The position numbers and the translations under genes are program-made. DNA of 64,000 nucleotides from positions 1 through 64,000 of the forward strand of contig JBMFRC010000007.1 in the NCBI GenBank assembly GCA_049968235.1. Reading direction: 5' to 3'. How positions within the stretch are numbered: position 1 is the first letter of the stretch; every line of letters begins with the position of its first letter. The DNA comes from Candidatus Hydrogenedens sp. (lineage in GTDB: Bacteria > Hydrogenedentota > Hydrogenedentia > Hydrogenedentales > Hydrogenedentaceae). Positions 9,214-19,105 of this stretch are shown in pieces. The notes beneath the pieces are model-generated. The model searched no databases. It worked only from the letters and a program-made list of their open reading frames with translations, and had not been told where the DNA came from.

Positions 9214-10479
9214 ATGAAAATCTGTTTCATTGATTTACTATTTAACTGGCCTCCTCGTGGTGGAGCTGATGTTGATGTTTTTAATGTCATGAAACAACTC
9301 TCTAAAAACAATCATGAAGTATTACTTCTTTCAATCTCTTCTTTTATGCAAAATAGGGGAATGTTTAAGACAGATTCCTTACCATTCCCTGCAAAAAAAA
9401 TTACAGTAGATTTTTCCGATAATCATTCTTTTGACATCCTTAAAAATTTCTTACTTTCATCAGTATCCCATCATCAACCCGACTGGATTATTATAGGAGA
9501 TTGTTTTTTTCTAAAACCTGTCATTACTTTATTCTTTGATAATACTCCTTTTCCTATAATCTGGCGACAATATGCATACGAACTTCTCTGTCAAAAAGAT
9601 ATTCTAAAATTTTTAAATAACAAACCCTGTCCTCTGGATTACCTTTCTGCACAATACATCTGCCAAAAATGTGGGCTATACCATCAAAAAGAAAAATTAT
9701 TGAAATTTGAAATAAACGTATGGATAGAAGAATACTTACTCACTAAAGCCTACAAATCAAATTATTCAGAAATATTATCAAATGCCCTCAAAAAGGTTCA
9801 AAAAATTATCGTATCTTCTGATACAATGGCAAATACATGGAAATGTTACCATCCCGAAATACTTATTTTTCCGGGGGGAATAGATACAGAACATTTTCAC
9901 ATAGAAAAAAACAAAAATAATGTAACAAAAAAAATCTTCATGTCTGGCAGAATTGAGGACACCGCAAAAGGTTTTCATGTCTTATATAGAGCATGTGAAA
10001 AATTAAGAAAGAAAAGAAACGATTTTGAACTCTTTTGCACCGGAGGTTGGAAATTTGGATTTCCAGATTGGATAAAATTTTTAGGATGGCTCGACTATGA
10101 AGAATTACCCCATGTTTATTCTGAAATGGACATTTGTGTTGTTCCCAGTATCTGGGAAGAACCCTTTGGAATTGTCGCATTAGAAGCCATGGCTACAGGG
10201 AGTCCTGTTATAGCAAGTAATATCGGAGGATTAAGGACAACGATTCTTCATGGAGAAACAGGTTTTTTATTTCCACCTAATGACGACGAAACTCTAATGA
10301 ACTATCTTGACCTACTCTTATCAAATGATACCCTCAGAAATGAAATGGGAAATAAAGCACAATCACATGTTCTCAATAATTACAGTTGGGGAAGTATTAT
10401 CACAAATTACTACGAAAAAGAGTTGATGAAACAGAATACCTTTTTAATCAATACACAACGGGATACATCCATTGGATAA
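9214..10479 (+). CDS. GT4-family glycosyltransferase (paralog 1)
   Basis: C-terminal EPFGIVALEAMATGSPVIAS (GT4 EX7E-type motif). Unusual N-terminus NWPPRGGADVDVFN. Confidence 0.8.
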   Translation: MKICFIDLLFNWPPRGGADVDVFNVMKQLSKNNHEVLLLSISSFMQNRGMFKTDSLPFPAKKITVDFSDNHSFDILKNFLLSSVSHHQPDWIIIGDCFFLKPVITLFFDNTPFPIIWRQYAYELLCQKDILKFLNNKPCPLDYLSAQYICQKCGLYHQKEKLLKFEINVWIEEYLLTKAYKSNYSEILSNALKKVQKIIVSSDTMANTWKCYHPEILIFPGGIDTEHFHIEKNKNNVTKKIFMSGRIEDTAKGFHVLYRACEKLRKKRNDFELFCTGGWKFGFPDWIKFLGWLDYEELPHVYSEMDICVVPSIWEEPFGIVALEAMATGSPVIASNIGGLRTTILHGETGFLFPPNDDETLMNYLDLLLSNDTLRNEMGNKAQSHVLNNYSWGSIITNYYEKELMKQNTFLINTQRDTSIG

Positions 10480-11737
10480 AATTCCAAAAATTATATTTAT
10501 TGATTTCAATTTTTCCTGGCCCCCGAATGGTGGTGCTGATATAGATACTTTTAATATATTAAAACTTTTTGCAGAAAGAGATTCTGATATTTTGTTTATA
10601 GGAATTGCCGAAGAACACTCTTCGGATAGAGGTAATTTTGACCCTCAACAATTACCTTTCCCATCTGTTCGCATTTCGATACCTTCTTCAAATTGGAATG
10701 TCAATATCATTTCAGAAAAAGTGTGTCGCCTTATACAAAAATATAAACCTTCTTTAATTTTTTTACAGCATGGTTATTTAATAAAGATACCCATTAGTAA
10801 AAACATAAAAGCAGTTTTCTCCGATATTCCGATTATTTCTAGAACTTTTGCTCATGAATTGTTTTGTCTTAGAAGTCCTTTACGATTTAAAGATAATAAA
10901 CATTGTCCTAAAAATATCTTCAAGACACCCGATTATTGCCTCCAATGTTCCTTAGAAGGCTTAAAAAAAGAACTATTATCGGGAATGTATAATACATGGA
11001 CAAAAGACTACATCCAGAGTAAAAGTTTTTCTTGGTCTTTTCTTAAATCATACTTACATATAGTCAAAAAGTGGAAAAAAGTTATTGTTTATAATAAAGA
11101 CCTCCAAACAGAATTATTAGAACAAGGTATTGATACAGTTGTAATCCCCGGTGGTATTGAAAAAGAATATATTACTGGGCAACCGGCATTCAAAAATAAT
11201 CAAACTCAAGAAAAAATAATTTTCATGGCAGGCAGGTGTGATGACCCATCTAAAGGAATGGGTGTACTATATGAAGCGGGAAATATTCTTTATCAGAAAA
11301 GAAAAGATTTTAAGATATATGTAACTTCATTCAATCTTAAACTCTATAATGACTGGTTTCTACCTTTAGGATGGCTCTCTCGTGAAGAACTATTTAATAT
11401 ATACAGACAATCCGATATATGTGTTATTCCCAGTCATTGGGCTGAACCCTTTGGAATAACCGCCTTAGAAGCAATGGCTTTAGGAAAAGCAGTTATTGCC
11501 AGTAAGATTGGCGGACTAAAAGAAACTATATTGGATAATCAAAATGGTCTTTTATTTGAACCTGGCAATCCACTCGAATTATCGGAAAAATTAAACTTAC
11601 TCCTTAACAATCCTCAAATCAAAATGACTTTAGGAAAAAATGCTCGAAAATCGGTGTTAGAAAATTACATATGGGATATAATCATTGATAAATACTATCT
11701 ACCTCTTATTGAAGATGTATTGTCAAAGGAGAAATAA
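10472..11737 (+). CDS. GT4-family glycosyltransferase (paralog 2; tandem duplicate of the upstream gene)
   Basis: EPFGITALEAMALGKAVIAS. N-terminus SWPPNGGADIDTFN parallels paralog 1. Overlaps paralog 1 by 8 nt. Confidence 0.8.
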   Translation: MDKIPKIIFIDFNFSWPPNGGADIDTFNILKLFAERDSDILFIGIAEEHSSDRGNFDPQQLPFPSVRISIPSSNWNVNIISEKVCRLIQKYKPSLIFLQHGYLIKIPISKNIKAVFSDIPIISRTFAHELFCLRSPLRFKDNKHCPKNIFKTPDYCLQCSLEGLKKELLSGMYNTWTKDYIQSKSFSWSFLKSYLHIVKKWKKVIVYNKDLQTELLEQGIDTVVIPGGIEKEYITGQPAFKNNQTQEKIIFMAGRCDDPSKGMGVLYEAGNILYQKRKDFKIYVTSFNLKLYNDWFLPLGWLSREELFNIYRQSDICVIPSHWAEPFGITALEAMALGKAVIASKIGGLKETILDNQNGLLFEPGNPLELSEKLNLLLNNPQIKMTLGKNARKSVLENYIWDIIIDKYYLPLIEDVLSKEK

Positions 11738-11743
11738 TAAATT

Positions 11744-12220
11744 ATGAAAGTTGGCTTATTTTATAGTTATGGTCCCCATTTCTTGAAAGCGATACATTTT
11801 CTTGTTGAACAATTTCCTGAGGATAATATTATTTTATTCATTCCGGAAGATTTCCCTTCTTATTACTTTGAGAAACTTCCTGTATCTATTGTACCCTTAC
11901 CGTGGAGTGGACAGCATATCCCCTTATTAAAAGGAATAAAAATATTTCTGAATATCATAAAAATAATTCGCTCCCAACGATTAGACCAGTTCACGGTACT
12001 ATTCGAAAGTCCTCGTCAAATTATGTTATGTAAATTATCCGGTGCTAAACATTCCTTCGTATATTCAATACATAAAGAATTTAAGCCCATCTCTCAGGGT
12101 TTCTTTCAATCTTTGACACGCATCTTAATTGCCCGTTTCAAGGGTTTATGCCTGTATTCATATATACTTCTCCATGTATCCCTTTGTAAACAACAGAAAA
12201 AGAAGCATTATCATTCTTGA
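11744..12220 (+). CDS. Hypothetical protein (158 aa); could be a degenerate glycosyltransferase fragment
   Basis: ORF immediately downstream of the GT4 pair. No recognisable motifs. Confidence 0.3.
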   Translation: MKVGLFYSYGPHFLKAIHFLVEQFPEDNIILFIPEDFPSYYFEKLPVSIVPLPWSGQHIPLLKGIKIFLNIIKIIRSQRLDQFTVLFESPRQIMLCKLSGAKHSFVYSIHKEFKPISQGFFQSLTRILIARFKGLCLYSYILLHVSLCKQQKKKHYHS

Positions 12221-12355
12221 TGAAACTATCTCCTTATCATTGAAGTCATTACATAAATTCCATTTTTCATAATTACTTCAATTAAAGTATAATGTTAACA
12301 TGGGATTATAAGTATCCTTACCAACAAAAAACTATAAATTCTGGAGGAATATATC

Positions 12356-13417
12356 ATGTGTTCTTTAAAACAAAAATTTTTGTTTCTTTTTTTATTCACT
12401 GCAATTATTATGTTCGTTACATCTGCTATAGCAGATGAAGATGATGATTTAGTAATGGGTAATTATCAGGGAACTATTTCAGGGAAAAACTGGGATGGTA
12501 AAAGTCTCAGGGCTCAAGTTGTAGCCCAAGGAGGTGGCAGGTATCGTTGTGTATTGCTCTATACTCAGGGTTCTGACCCCGAACAAAGGGCAGAGATTAA
12601 AGGAATAAAAGCACCTTCCGGACCCGCAGGGATTATGGAACAGGATAAAGAAAAAGCCAAAAGAATGGCAGAAATCAATTTTGATGGCGAAGTAGATTTT
12701 AAAGGCAACTTCGGAGGTAAAGGGAAAGTAACAGGACAAATTAAAAATGAGGTATTTATAGGCACTATCGAACAGGGGAAAGAAAAAGCAAAATTTGAAA
12801 TGAAACGAGTATTTTTACAACCACCCACTTTAGGACAAAAACCCCCTGAAGGTGCTATTGTCCTTATGGATGGTAAAAGTCTGGATATGTGGGATTTAAA
12901 ACCTCACTGGCAATTGGTTGAAGACGGTTCCGCACGTACTGTAGCCACAAGTTTATGTACAAAAGAAGAATATGGAGATGGGTTATACCATGTCGAGTTT
13001 ATGTGTCCTTTTATGCCCAATGAAACAGGTCAGGCAAGAGGAAATAGTGGCGTTTATGTTTTTGGAAGATATGAGGTTCAGGTATTAGATAGTTTTGGTG
13101 ATTTGCCGGCGGATAATCTTTGCGGAGGTATTTATAAATCTGCTACACCAAAAGTCTGTGCATCTCTTCCCCCATTACAATGGCAAACCTATGATATTAC
13201 TTTCACAGCTCCAAAATATGATGAAAATGGCAAAAAAATTAAGAATGCCTTTATCACCGTATATCACAATGGCATTCTTATTCATGACAATGTAGAACTA
13301 AAAGGACCGACCCCGGGAGGTGTAAGCGATCAGGAAGCACCCAAAGGCGTTTTAATGCTTCAAGACCACGGGGATGCTGTTCGTTATAGAAACATCTGGT
13401 ACAAACCAGCAAATTAA
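12356..13417 (+). CDS. Secreted protein with C-terminal DUF1080 (3-keto-disaccharide hydrolase-like, concanavalin-type) domain
   Basis: Signal peptide (MCSLKQKFLFLFLFTAIIMFVTSAIA). C-terminal LMLQDHGDAVRYRNIWYKP is the characteristic DUF1080 end motif. GGAGG RBS 8 nt upstream. Confidence 0.55.
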   Translation: MCSLKQKFLFLFLFTAIIMFVTSAIADEDDDLVMGNYQGTISGKNWDGKSLRAQVVAQGGGRYRCVLLYTQGSDPEQRAEIKGIKAPSGPAGIMEQDKEKAKRMAEINFDGEVDFKGNFGGKGKVTGQIKNEVFIGTIEQGKEKAKFEMKRVFLQPPTLGQKPPEGAIVLMDGKSLDMWDLKPHWQLVEDGSARTVATSLCTKEEYGDGLYHVEFMCPFMPNETGQARGNSGVYVFGRYEVQVLDSFGDLPADNLCGGIYKSATPKVCASLPPLQWQTYDITFTAPKYDENGKKIKNAFITVYHNGILIHDNVELKGPTPGGVSDQEAPKGVLMLQDHGDAVRYRNIWYKPAN

Positions 13418-13471
13418 TACTATAGATTAGTATAAAATAAATATTAGAAAGAGGTAAGAAGGAGTATTGTC

Positions 13472-14200
13472 TTGTTTTCTTTTTCCCTGATAATTCCCAC
13501 ATATAACGAAAAAGAAGAGATTGAAACAACATTACAATATACCCTTGACTATTTCCAAAAACAATCTTATTCTTTTGAGATAGTCATTGCAGATGATGGG
13601 AGTATAGATAATACCGTTCAACTCGCACAAAAGTGGGCAGAACAATATAAAGGGATAGTAAGAGTCATTGCATTCCCTCAAAATCGGGGAAAAGGAAGTG
13701 TTGTTAAAGAAGCCATGTTACACCACACAAATGGGAATATTCGTTGTTTTTACGATGCAGATGCTTCTACCCCAATTGAAGAAGTAGAAAAACTTATCCG
13801 TGAAATTAACAATGGATACGATATAGCTATTGCCTCAAGGGCTTTACCTGATTCTATCATTGAAATTCCTCAACCATTCTATCGTCAAACAATGGGTAAA
13901 ATCTATAATCTCATACTTCGTCTCTTCTGTCTCACCCATTTTAAGGATACTCAGTGTGGTTGTAAATGTTTTAATGAAAAATCTATAAGTATTGTTTTTC
14001 CAAGGCAAACACTAAAGCGATTCAGTTTTGATGCTGAAATACTTTTCATTGCTGAAAAACATGGACTAAAAATTAAAGAAGTCCCCACACGCTGGAGAAA
14101 TCGAAAAGAGTCACGTGTCCATCCAATAAAAGACTCATCTAAAATGTTTTGTGACCTTTTCAAAATTCGTTGGAATGCTTTCATAGGAAAGTACAAATAA
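13472..14200 (+). CDS. GT2 polyprenyl-phosphate glycosyltransferase (Dpm1/ArnC/GtrB-like)
   Basis: SLIIPTYNE…VIADDGSIDNT. DAD motif. 242 aa soluble GT-A. Start codon uncertain; the track uses TTG. Confidence 0.75.
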   Translation: MFSFSLIIPTYNEKEEIETTLQYTLDYFQKQSYSFEIVIADDGSIDNTVQLAQKWAEQYKGIVRVIAFPQNRGKGSVVKEAMLHHTNGNIRCFYDADASTPIEEVEKLIREINNGYDIAIASRALPDSIIEIPQPFYRQTMGKIYNLILRLFCLTHFKDTQCGCKCFNEKSISIVFPRQTLKRFSFDAEILFIAEKHGLKIKEVPTRWRNRKESRVHPIKDSSKMFCDLFKIRWNAFIGKYK

Positions 14201-14236
14201 AAAGTGAGAGGGAATTCTTTAAATCCCTCTCACTTT
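14201..14236. terminator. Bidirectional rho-independent terminator between convergent genes
   Basis: Perfect 12-bp inverted repeat aaagtgagaggg / ccctctcacttt with an 11-nt loop. Flanked by A-run upstream and T-run downstream. Confidence 0.7.
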
Positions 14237-14257
14237 ATTATCTAAAAGCAACCGAAA

Positions 14258-16228
14258 CTACGCCTTTGCTTCGGTTTTAGAGTTATCAGGTGCTTCTGCA
14301 GGTATAGGAAGGTTCTTTTCATAATCACGATATTTCGGTGGTAAACCTTCATATACATCGAATTCTAACCAGCGGTATTTCCCTTCTAATAATTTATCAC
14401 CAACTTTCCGATACATATAATTGTGATTCTTCTTAACAGCCTTGAAGTTGTTCTCAATTCTCTGACGTGCATTCTTACAGAACAAATCCGCTAAATCTTG
14501 TGGCGAATCATCATTGGGATTCTGGTTCATTAAATACTCCGCATAGGACAAACAGGAAGCCATCACAAATAGGTCAACACCAATATCCACATAATTCCCC
14601 AGAATTAACTGTTCATTCTCTAATTTCGGACCATACTTAGCCATTGTATGGAATATGCTACGAGCAAGTCTCTTACATGTCTTCGCTGTGTATTTCAGAT
14701 GGTCTCTATTTGTAGAATTTAATTTTTTCACATTGAAATTCGTGGATGAAGGCATCCATAATTTCGGATACCACTTTATATAAAATTTCAACGCATTCCA
14801 TATTAATTTAACCATGCTTTGACCTTTTTGAGGCTTCATTATCGGCATCACCAAACTGAAGTGAGTATCTAATGCTTCACGAGCCATAATTAAATGCATA
14901 ATCTCGGATGAACCTTCAAAAATTCTACCTATACGCATATCGCGCATAACACGCTCAACAAAGAATGGCCTTTCACCACGATTATAAAGGGATTCTGCCA
15001 TTTCATACCCTCTACCACCTAATATCTGAAGTAAGTCATCCATACCCTTCCAACCGAACTCTGTAGCAAAATATTTTGATGCCGCAGCCTCTAATCGAAT
15101 ATCCGCATTCTTCTTATCAGCAAAAGAACATGTAATAAATACCATAGCCTGTGTTGCAAATGTAGTTGCGGCGAAATCAGCAATTTTCTTTGCAATTTCT
15201 TGATGTTGTCCTATCGGTCTGCCCCATTGAACACGATTCTTAGCCCACCATTCCGCATCTTCAAGGGATCTCTTTGCTGCACCGACACCTGCGGATGGGA
15301 CACCTAAACGACCCGTATTTAATGTAGTAAGAGCTATTTTCAACCCCATACCCGGCTTGCCAATAATATTTTCTGTAGGCACTTTCACATTATTAAATCT
15401 CAACATACCGTTGGAAAGCCCTTTAAGACCCATAAATTTGCAACGGGTAACAACTTCAACACCAGGCCAACTTGTTTCAACAATAAACGCTGTGATTTGA
15501 GGAATTTCACGACCATTCTTTATTTTCGGTGGAGTTTTAGCCATCACAACAATTACATCCGCATCCGGACCATTGGTTGTCCATAACTTAACTCCATTCA
15601 GAAGATAATAAGAACCGTCAGGAGAAGGAGTGGCTGTAGTTTTCATTTGTGCCGGATCTGAACCTACTTCCGGTTCCGTTAATGCAAAGGCAGAAATTTC
15701 ACCTTTTGCTACACGAGGTAAATACTTCTTTTTCTGCTCCTCTGTGCCGAAGATCCGTAAAGGTTCCGGAACACCAATACTTTGATGTGCAGAAAGCCAT
15801 GTAATTGTACTTTGGCAATAACTTCCAATAAATGATAATACACGAGCGTAATTTGTAACCGATAAACCTAAACCTCCATATTCCGGTTTTATTTTCATTC
15901 CAAACAAACCCATCTCCTTCATCTTTTCTAACGCTTCTTTGGGATAGACACCTGTTTTATCTATCTCAACCGGGTCAACATACTTATCCAGAAAATCCTT
16001 GATTTTTGCTATTAATTCATCGCCGATTTTCTTGTCTTCTTCCGACTGAGCCGGATAGGGATGTAGTAAATCCCAGCGGAAATTACCACGGAACATTTCA
16101 GCGGTGAAACTGGGAAACTTCCATTCTGTTTCACGCGCCTCTTCAGCGAGTTCCATTGCTGCATCTTTTGCTTTTAAATCCTCTTTTGTAGCCATAGGTC
16201 TTACCCTCATCTTGGTTAAGATTTTCAA
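14258..16228 (-). CDS. Long acyl-CoA dehydrogenase (656 aa) with C-terminal extension
   Basis: ACAD core motifs (…LWTTNGPDADVIVVMAKT…, …GGRGY…). Extra approx. 250 aa C-terminal region. Confidence 0.85.
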   Translation of the reverse strand: MKILTKMRVRPMATKEDLKAKDAAMELAEEARETEWKFPSFTAEMFRGNFRWDLLHPYPAQSEEDKKIGDELIAKIKDFLDKYVDPVEIDKTGVYPKEALEKMKEMGLFGMKIKPEYGGLGLSVTNYARVLSFIGSYCQSTITWLSAHQSIGVPEPLRIFGTEEQKKKYLPRVAKGEISAFALTEPEVGSDPAQMKTTATPSPDGSYYLLNGVKLWTTNGPDADVIVVMAKTPPKIKNGREIPQITAFIVETSWPGVEVVTRCKFMGLKGLSNGMLRFNNVKVPTENIIGKPGMGLKIALTTLNTGRLGVPSAGVGAAKRSLEDAEWWAKNRVQWGRPIGQHQEIAKKIADFAATTFATQAMVFITCSFADKKNADIRLEAAASKYFATEFGWKGMDDLLQILGGRGYEMAESLYNRGERPFFVERVMRDMRIGRIFEGSSEIMHLIMAREALDTHFSLVMPIMKPQKGQSMVKLIWNALKFYIKWYPKLWMPSSTNFNVKKLNSTNRDHLKYTAKTCKRLARSIFHTMAKYGPKLENEQLILGNYVDIGVDLFVMASCLSYAEYLMNQNPNDDSPQDLADLFCKNARQRIENNFKAVKKNHNYMYRKVGDKLLEGKYRWLEFDVYEGLPPKYRDYEKNLPIPAEAPDNSKTEAKA

Positions 16229-16636
16229 TTGTTTATATACTTAATGATAAGTAAATAATAATTTACCACCATTTATACACAATTGTCAAAATGAAATTCA
16301 ACTAATCTTTGAAATATGTTAAACTCAATATCAAAATTTTTCATTATATCTTATTTAGCGAAACAAAATTAGTCTACTCAGCCTTTCAAAAAAATATCTA
16401 CTTTTACTAAACAATATCTATTTTTTTCTCACTTATATAAAACTTATATGAAAATGTAAATATAAAATTTTAAACCTTCGTATTTATCAATAGATATAAT
16501 ACATAGAATTCATATAACATCACAAGATGAATACATGATTAAAAATATGTTAAAATATTTCGTCATCCTTGGACTGGAAATGAATTTGGTCAAATCACTA
16601 AATAATATCAACTTAAAATTTTAGAAGGAGTTTATT

Positions 16637-17329
16637 ATGAATTACACAAACAAAATGTATTATGCCTTTTCTTTTATGGGAATAATGGTTCTTTTTATTC
16701 TGGCTTCTCCATCTGTATATGCAGATGGTAATCCTCCATCGGGGAAAATTGAATTGAAACTTGAACTTCCAGAACCATTCTTCGGTGGAACTCCCATTGA
16801 TTATTATAGCCCCAATCTAGAAGAAGAAGATTACAAAGACCGCCCACCTTATTATGTTCCCGAGGGTGTTACGCTTATTTCCAAAGATAAGCCTGTAACC
16901 AGTAGCGTCCCTCCAACTCGTGGTCAATTAAAACAAATCACAGACGGCGACAAAGATTATGGGAAAAAAAGTGTTGTTGAACTTCCCTCTGGTTTACAAT
17001 GGGTCCAAATAGAACTTGACAAAGAATATACCATTTATGCAATCGTCGTATGGCATTTCCACGAAGGCAAACGTGTATATAAAGATTTCATCGTAACCGT
17101 TGGAAACGACCCTGAATTTAAAGATGGTGGCAAACAGGTCTACAATAATGACTACGATAATTCCGCCGGTTTAGGTATTGGGAAAGATAAGGAATTTATT
17201 GAAAATAATAAAGGAAGACTTATTGGTATCGATGAAGGCGTCAAAGGAAAGTATATCCGGCTATACAGTAATGGCAATTCTTACAATGATATGAATCACT
17301 ATATCGAAGTAGAAGTTTACGGGAAATAA
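16637..17329 (+). CDS. Secreted F5/8 type C (discoidin)-like domain protein
   Basis: Signal peptide. QWVQIELDKEYTIYAIVVWH…KYIRLY…IEVEVYGK matches the discoidin/galactose-binding-like pattern. GGAG RBS. Confidence 0.45.
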   Translation: MNYTNKMYYAFSFMGIMVLFILASPSVYADGNPPSGKIELKLELPEPFFGGTPIDYYSPNLEEEDYKDRPPYYVPEGVTLISKDKPVTSSVPPTRGQLKQITDGDKDYGKKSVVELPSGLQWVQIELDKEYTIYAIVVWHFHEGKRVYKDFIVTVGNDPEFKDGGKQVYNNDYDNSAGLGIGKDKEFIENNKGRLIGIDEGVKGKYIRLYSNGNSYNDMNHYIEVEVYGK

Positions 17330-17356
17330 TTAATACTCTTCATACATGATTTCAAG

Positions 17357-17393
17357 GTGCCACCTTTAATAATTAAAGGTGGCATTTCTATTT
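17357..17393 (+). terminator. Rho-independent terminator
   Basis: 13-bp perfect inverted repeat tgccacctttaat / attaaaggtggca followed by tttctattt. Confidence 0.7.
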
Positions 17394-17447
17394 AATAAAA
17401 AGAAATTTGCCTTTTGAACTACAGTTGCTCATAATAGAAAAAAAAAC

Positions 17448-19103
17448 ATGTTAAATATGTATAAGACAAAATTCCTAAAATATCTTTTTGTTTTAATCTA
17501 CCTATTATTTTTATGTTCCGTTCTCATCTCCCGTTTTTATGGAATTTCGATTCGCCCCATGCATTGCGATGAAGCCAATCAAGCCTATAAAGCAGGCATA
17601 TTGCTGGAAAAAGGGCTTTATAAATATGACCCACATGAACATCATGGTCCTTTATTATACTATGCTACACTACCTATTTTTTATTTTTATGGGGTTCATC
17701 ATTTTCGTGATACGAATGAAATAATGTTCCGTGCAGTTCCCATTCTCTTTAGCTTATTAATCTTTTTATCCCTTTTACCCATAAAAAAATATATCGGGCT
17801 TATTGGATTTATTGTATCTTCAATTCTTCTTGCAGTCTCTCATGCATTCTTCTTTTACAGCCGTTATTATGTTCATGAAACCCTTTTTGTCTTATTCTCA
17901 TATCTATTTATATCCTCACTATGGTTTTATATCAGCAAACCTAATACTCTTTCGGCAATTTTTACAGGTACTACTTTATCCCTTGCTTTTGCTACAAAAG
18001 AAACCGCTCTCATAGTCTTCTTTACTACCACTTTATCTTTTATATTAACTTCCGTTTACTTAATTAAAACTTCTCCATTTACGGGTACAGATTCTGTAGT
18101 TCTTTTTCATTCTTTAACATGGAAAGAGATATGTAAACATATCATTGTTTTCTCCATAGCATTCTTTATTCCCTGGCTTTTGTTATTTTCTTCCTTCTTC
18201 ACCAATAAACAGGGATTGTTGGACTTTTTCCGTGCTTATCAGACTTACCTATTCAGGGCAAGTGGAGAAGGGTCCTCCGGGATTCATGACAAACCATGGT
18301 GGTACTACTTACAAATTTTGATTTATTTTAATAAAACCGTAGGACCTGTATGGTCAGAAGGATTTATAATTCTCTTATGTTGTATCGGAATTATTTTTTC
18401 TTTATATTTCTTAATCAAAATATTTATAAAAAAGAAATGTGACGTAAAAGAACATATTTTATCATCGTTTTACATTTTTTCATTCGTTCCTTTCTTTACA
18501 ACCTTCCTTATATTTTCACTCATACCTTACAAAACTCCCTGGAATATACTCTTCCCTCTTCTGGGTATGATAATATTTGCAGGCATCGGATTTCAGGCAT
18601 TATGGCAAAAATTTAGTAAAATATGGACACGTTCTATTTTATCCCTTATTTTATTGGCAGGGATATATCACTTGTCTTATCAAACATATCAGGGGAATTT
18701 TATTTATTTCGCAGATATTTCCAATCCGTATGTATATGCACATACAAGCACATCTCTTGTTAAAATGATGAACCGTATATATCAATTATCTGATATTCTT
18801 ATTAAAGAAAATCAAGAGCCTATTGTTTTTGTAATAGACCCAATAAACGATTACTGGCCCATCCCATGGTATCTACGCAAAATTGATAAAAAGGGGTTCT
18901 GGTCTAAAATACCTTCGAATATCGACAACATCCCTTTTTTTATAGTATCACCGGAATTAATGCAGAAATTTGACAAAAGTTTAAACATGCCCTATATGAA
19001 AGAAATATATACCATTCGTCCCGGTGTTTTTCGCTACCTCTATATTGAACAGCCTTTGTGGGATAAATTTATCGAAATTCAATCTACACAAAAGCATTCG
19101 TGA
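17448..19103 (+). CDS. Polytopic membrane glycosyltransferase of the GT39/GT83 (PMT/ArnT-like) type
   Basis: 551 aa with more than 10 TM helices. N-terminal loop HCDEANQAYKAGILLEKGLY…HHGPLLYY resembles ArnT/PMT_2-family proteins. Confidence 0.45.
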   Translation: MLNMYKTKFLKYLFVLIYLLFLCSVLISRFYGISIRPMHCDEANQAYKAGILLEKGLYKYDPHEHHGPLLYYATLPIFYFYGVHHFRDTNEIMFRAVPILFSLLIFLSLLPIKKYIGLIGFIVSSILLAVSHAFFFYSRYYVHETLFVLFSYLFISSLWFYISKPNTLSAIFTGTTLSLAFATKETALIVFFTTTLSFILTSVYLIKTSPFTGTDSVVLFHSLTWKEICKHIIVFSIAFFIPWLLLFSSFFTNKQGLLDFFRAYQTYLFRASGEGSSGIHDKPWWYYLQILIYFNKTVGPVWSEGFIILLCCIGIIFSLYFLIKIFIKKKCDVKEHILSSFYIFSFVPFFTTFLIFSLIPYKTPWNILFPLLGMIIFAGIGFQALWQKFSKIWTRSILSLILLAGIYHLSYQTYQGNFIYFADISNPYVYAHTSTSLVKMMNRIYQLSDILIKENQEPIVFVIDPINDYWPIPWYLRKIDKKGFWSKIPSNIDNIPFFIVSPELMQKFDKSLNMPYMKEIYTIRPGVFRYLYIEQPLWDKFIEIQSTQKHS

Positions 19104-19105
19104 AA

